DNA of 64,000 nucleotides, from assembly GCA_964016885.1 (NCBI GenBank), contig CAXHJY010001433.1:1-64000 (forward strand). Reading direction: 5' to 3'. The stretch's first letter is position 1; every line of letters begins with the position of its first letter. Below, piece by piece: positions 63,991 to 64,000 of the stretch. Below the pieces are notes generated by a model, which was not told where the DNA came from, did not search any database, and saw nothing but the letters and a program-made list of their open reading frames with translations. A program made the position numbers and the translations under genes. The stretch is from Eledone cirrhosa. Lineage: Eukaryota.

Positions 63991-64000
63991 TATGTGTGTT

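Overview
This is AT-rich eukaryotic repeat DNA dominated by (TA)n, (CA)n and (GA)n tracts, trinucleotide tracts and minisatellites. The SINE and MITE content resembles octopus/cephalopod genomes (recollection, not searched). No host exon can be supported, and nearly all ORFs in the track are microsatellite artefacts. The only substantial coding sequence is a decayed Penelope-like retroelement (RT, Cys knuckle and GIY-YIG, Naiad-like motifs) at about 58653-60630 on the - strand, with a hammerhead ribozyme (HHR) in its 3' end. The main hidden structure is about ten families of miniature elements embedded in (TA)n. Most are asymmetric fold-backs, with a long arm carrying a family-specific tail and an inverted short arm that stops at a fixed internal TA. 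They carry about 15 type I HHR motifs, including minimal forms with a palindromic stem III and core variants. Two copies of a tRNA-headed SINE with a novel tail also end in (TA)n and are candidate PLE-mobilised SINEs. All RNA structures were folded by eye and all translations were done manually.
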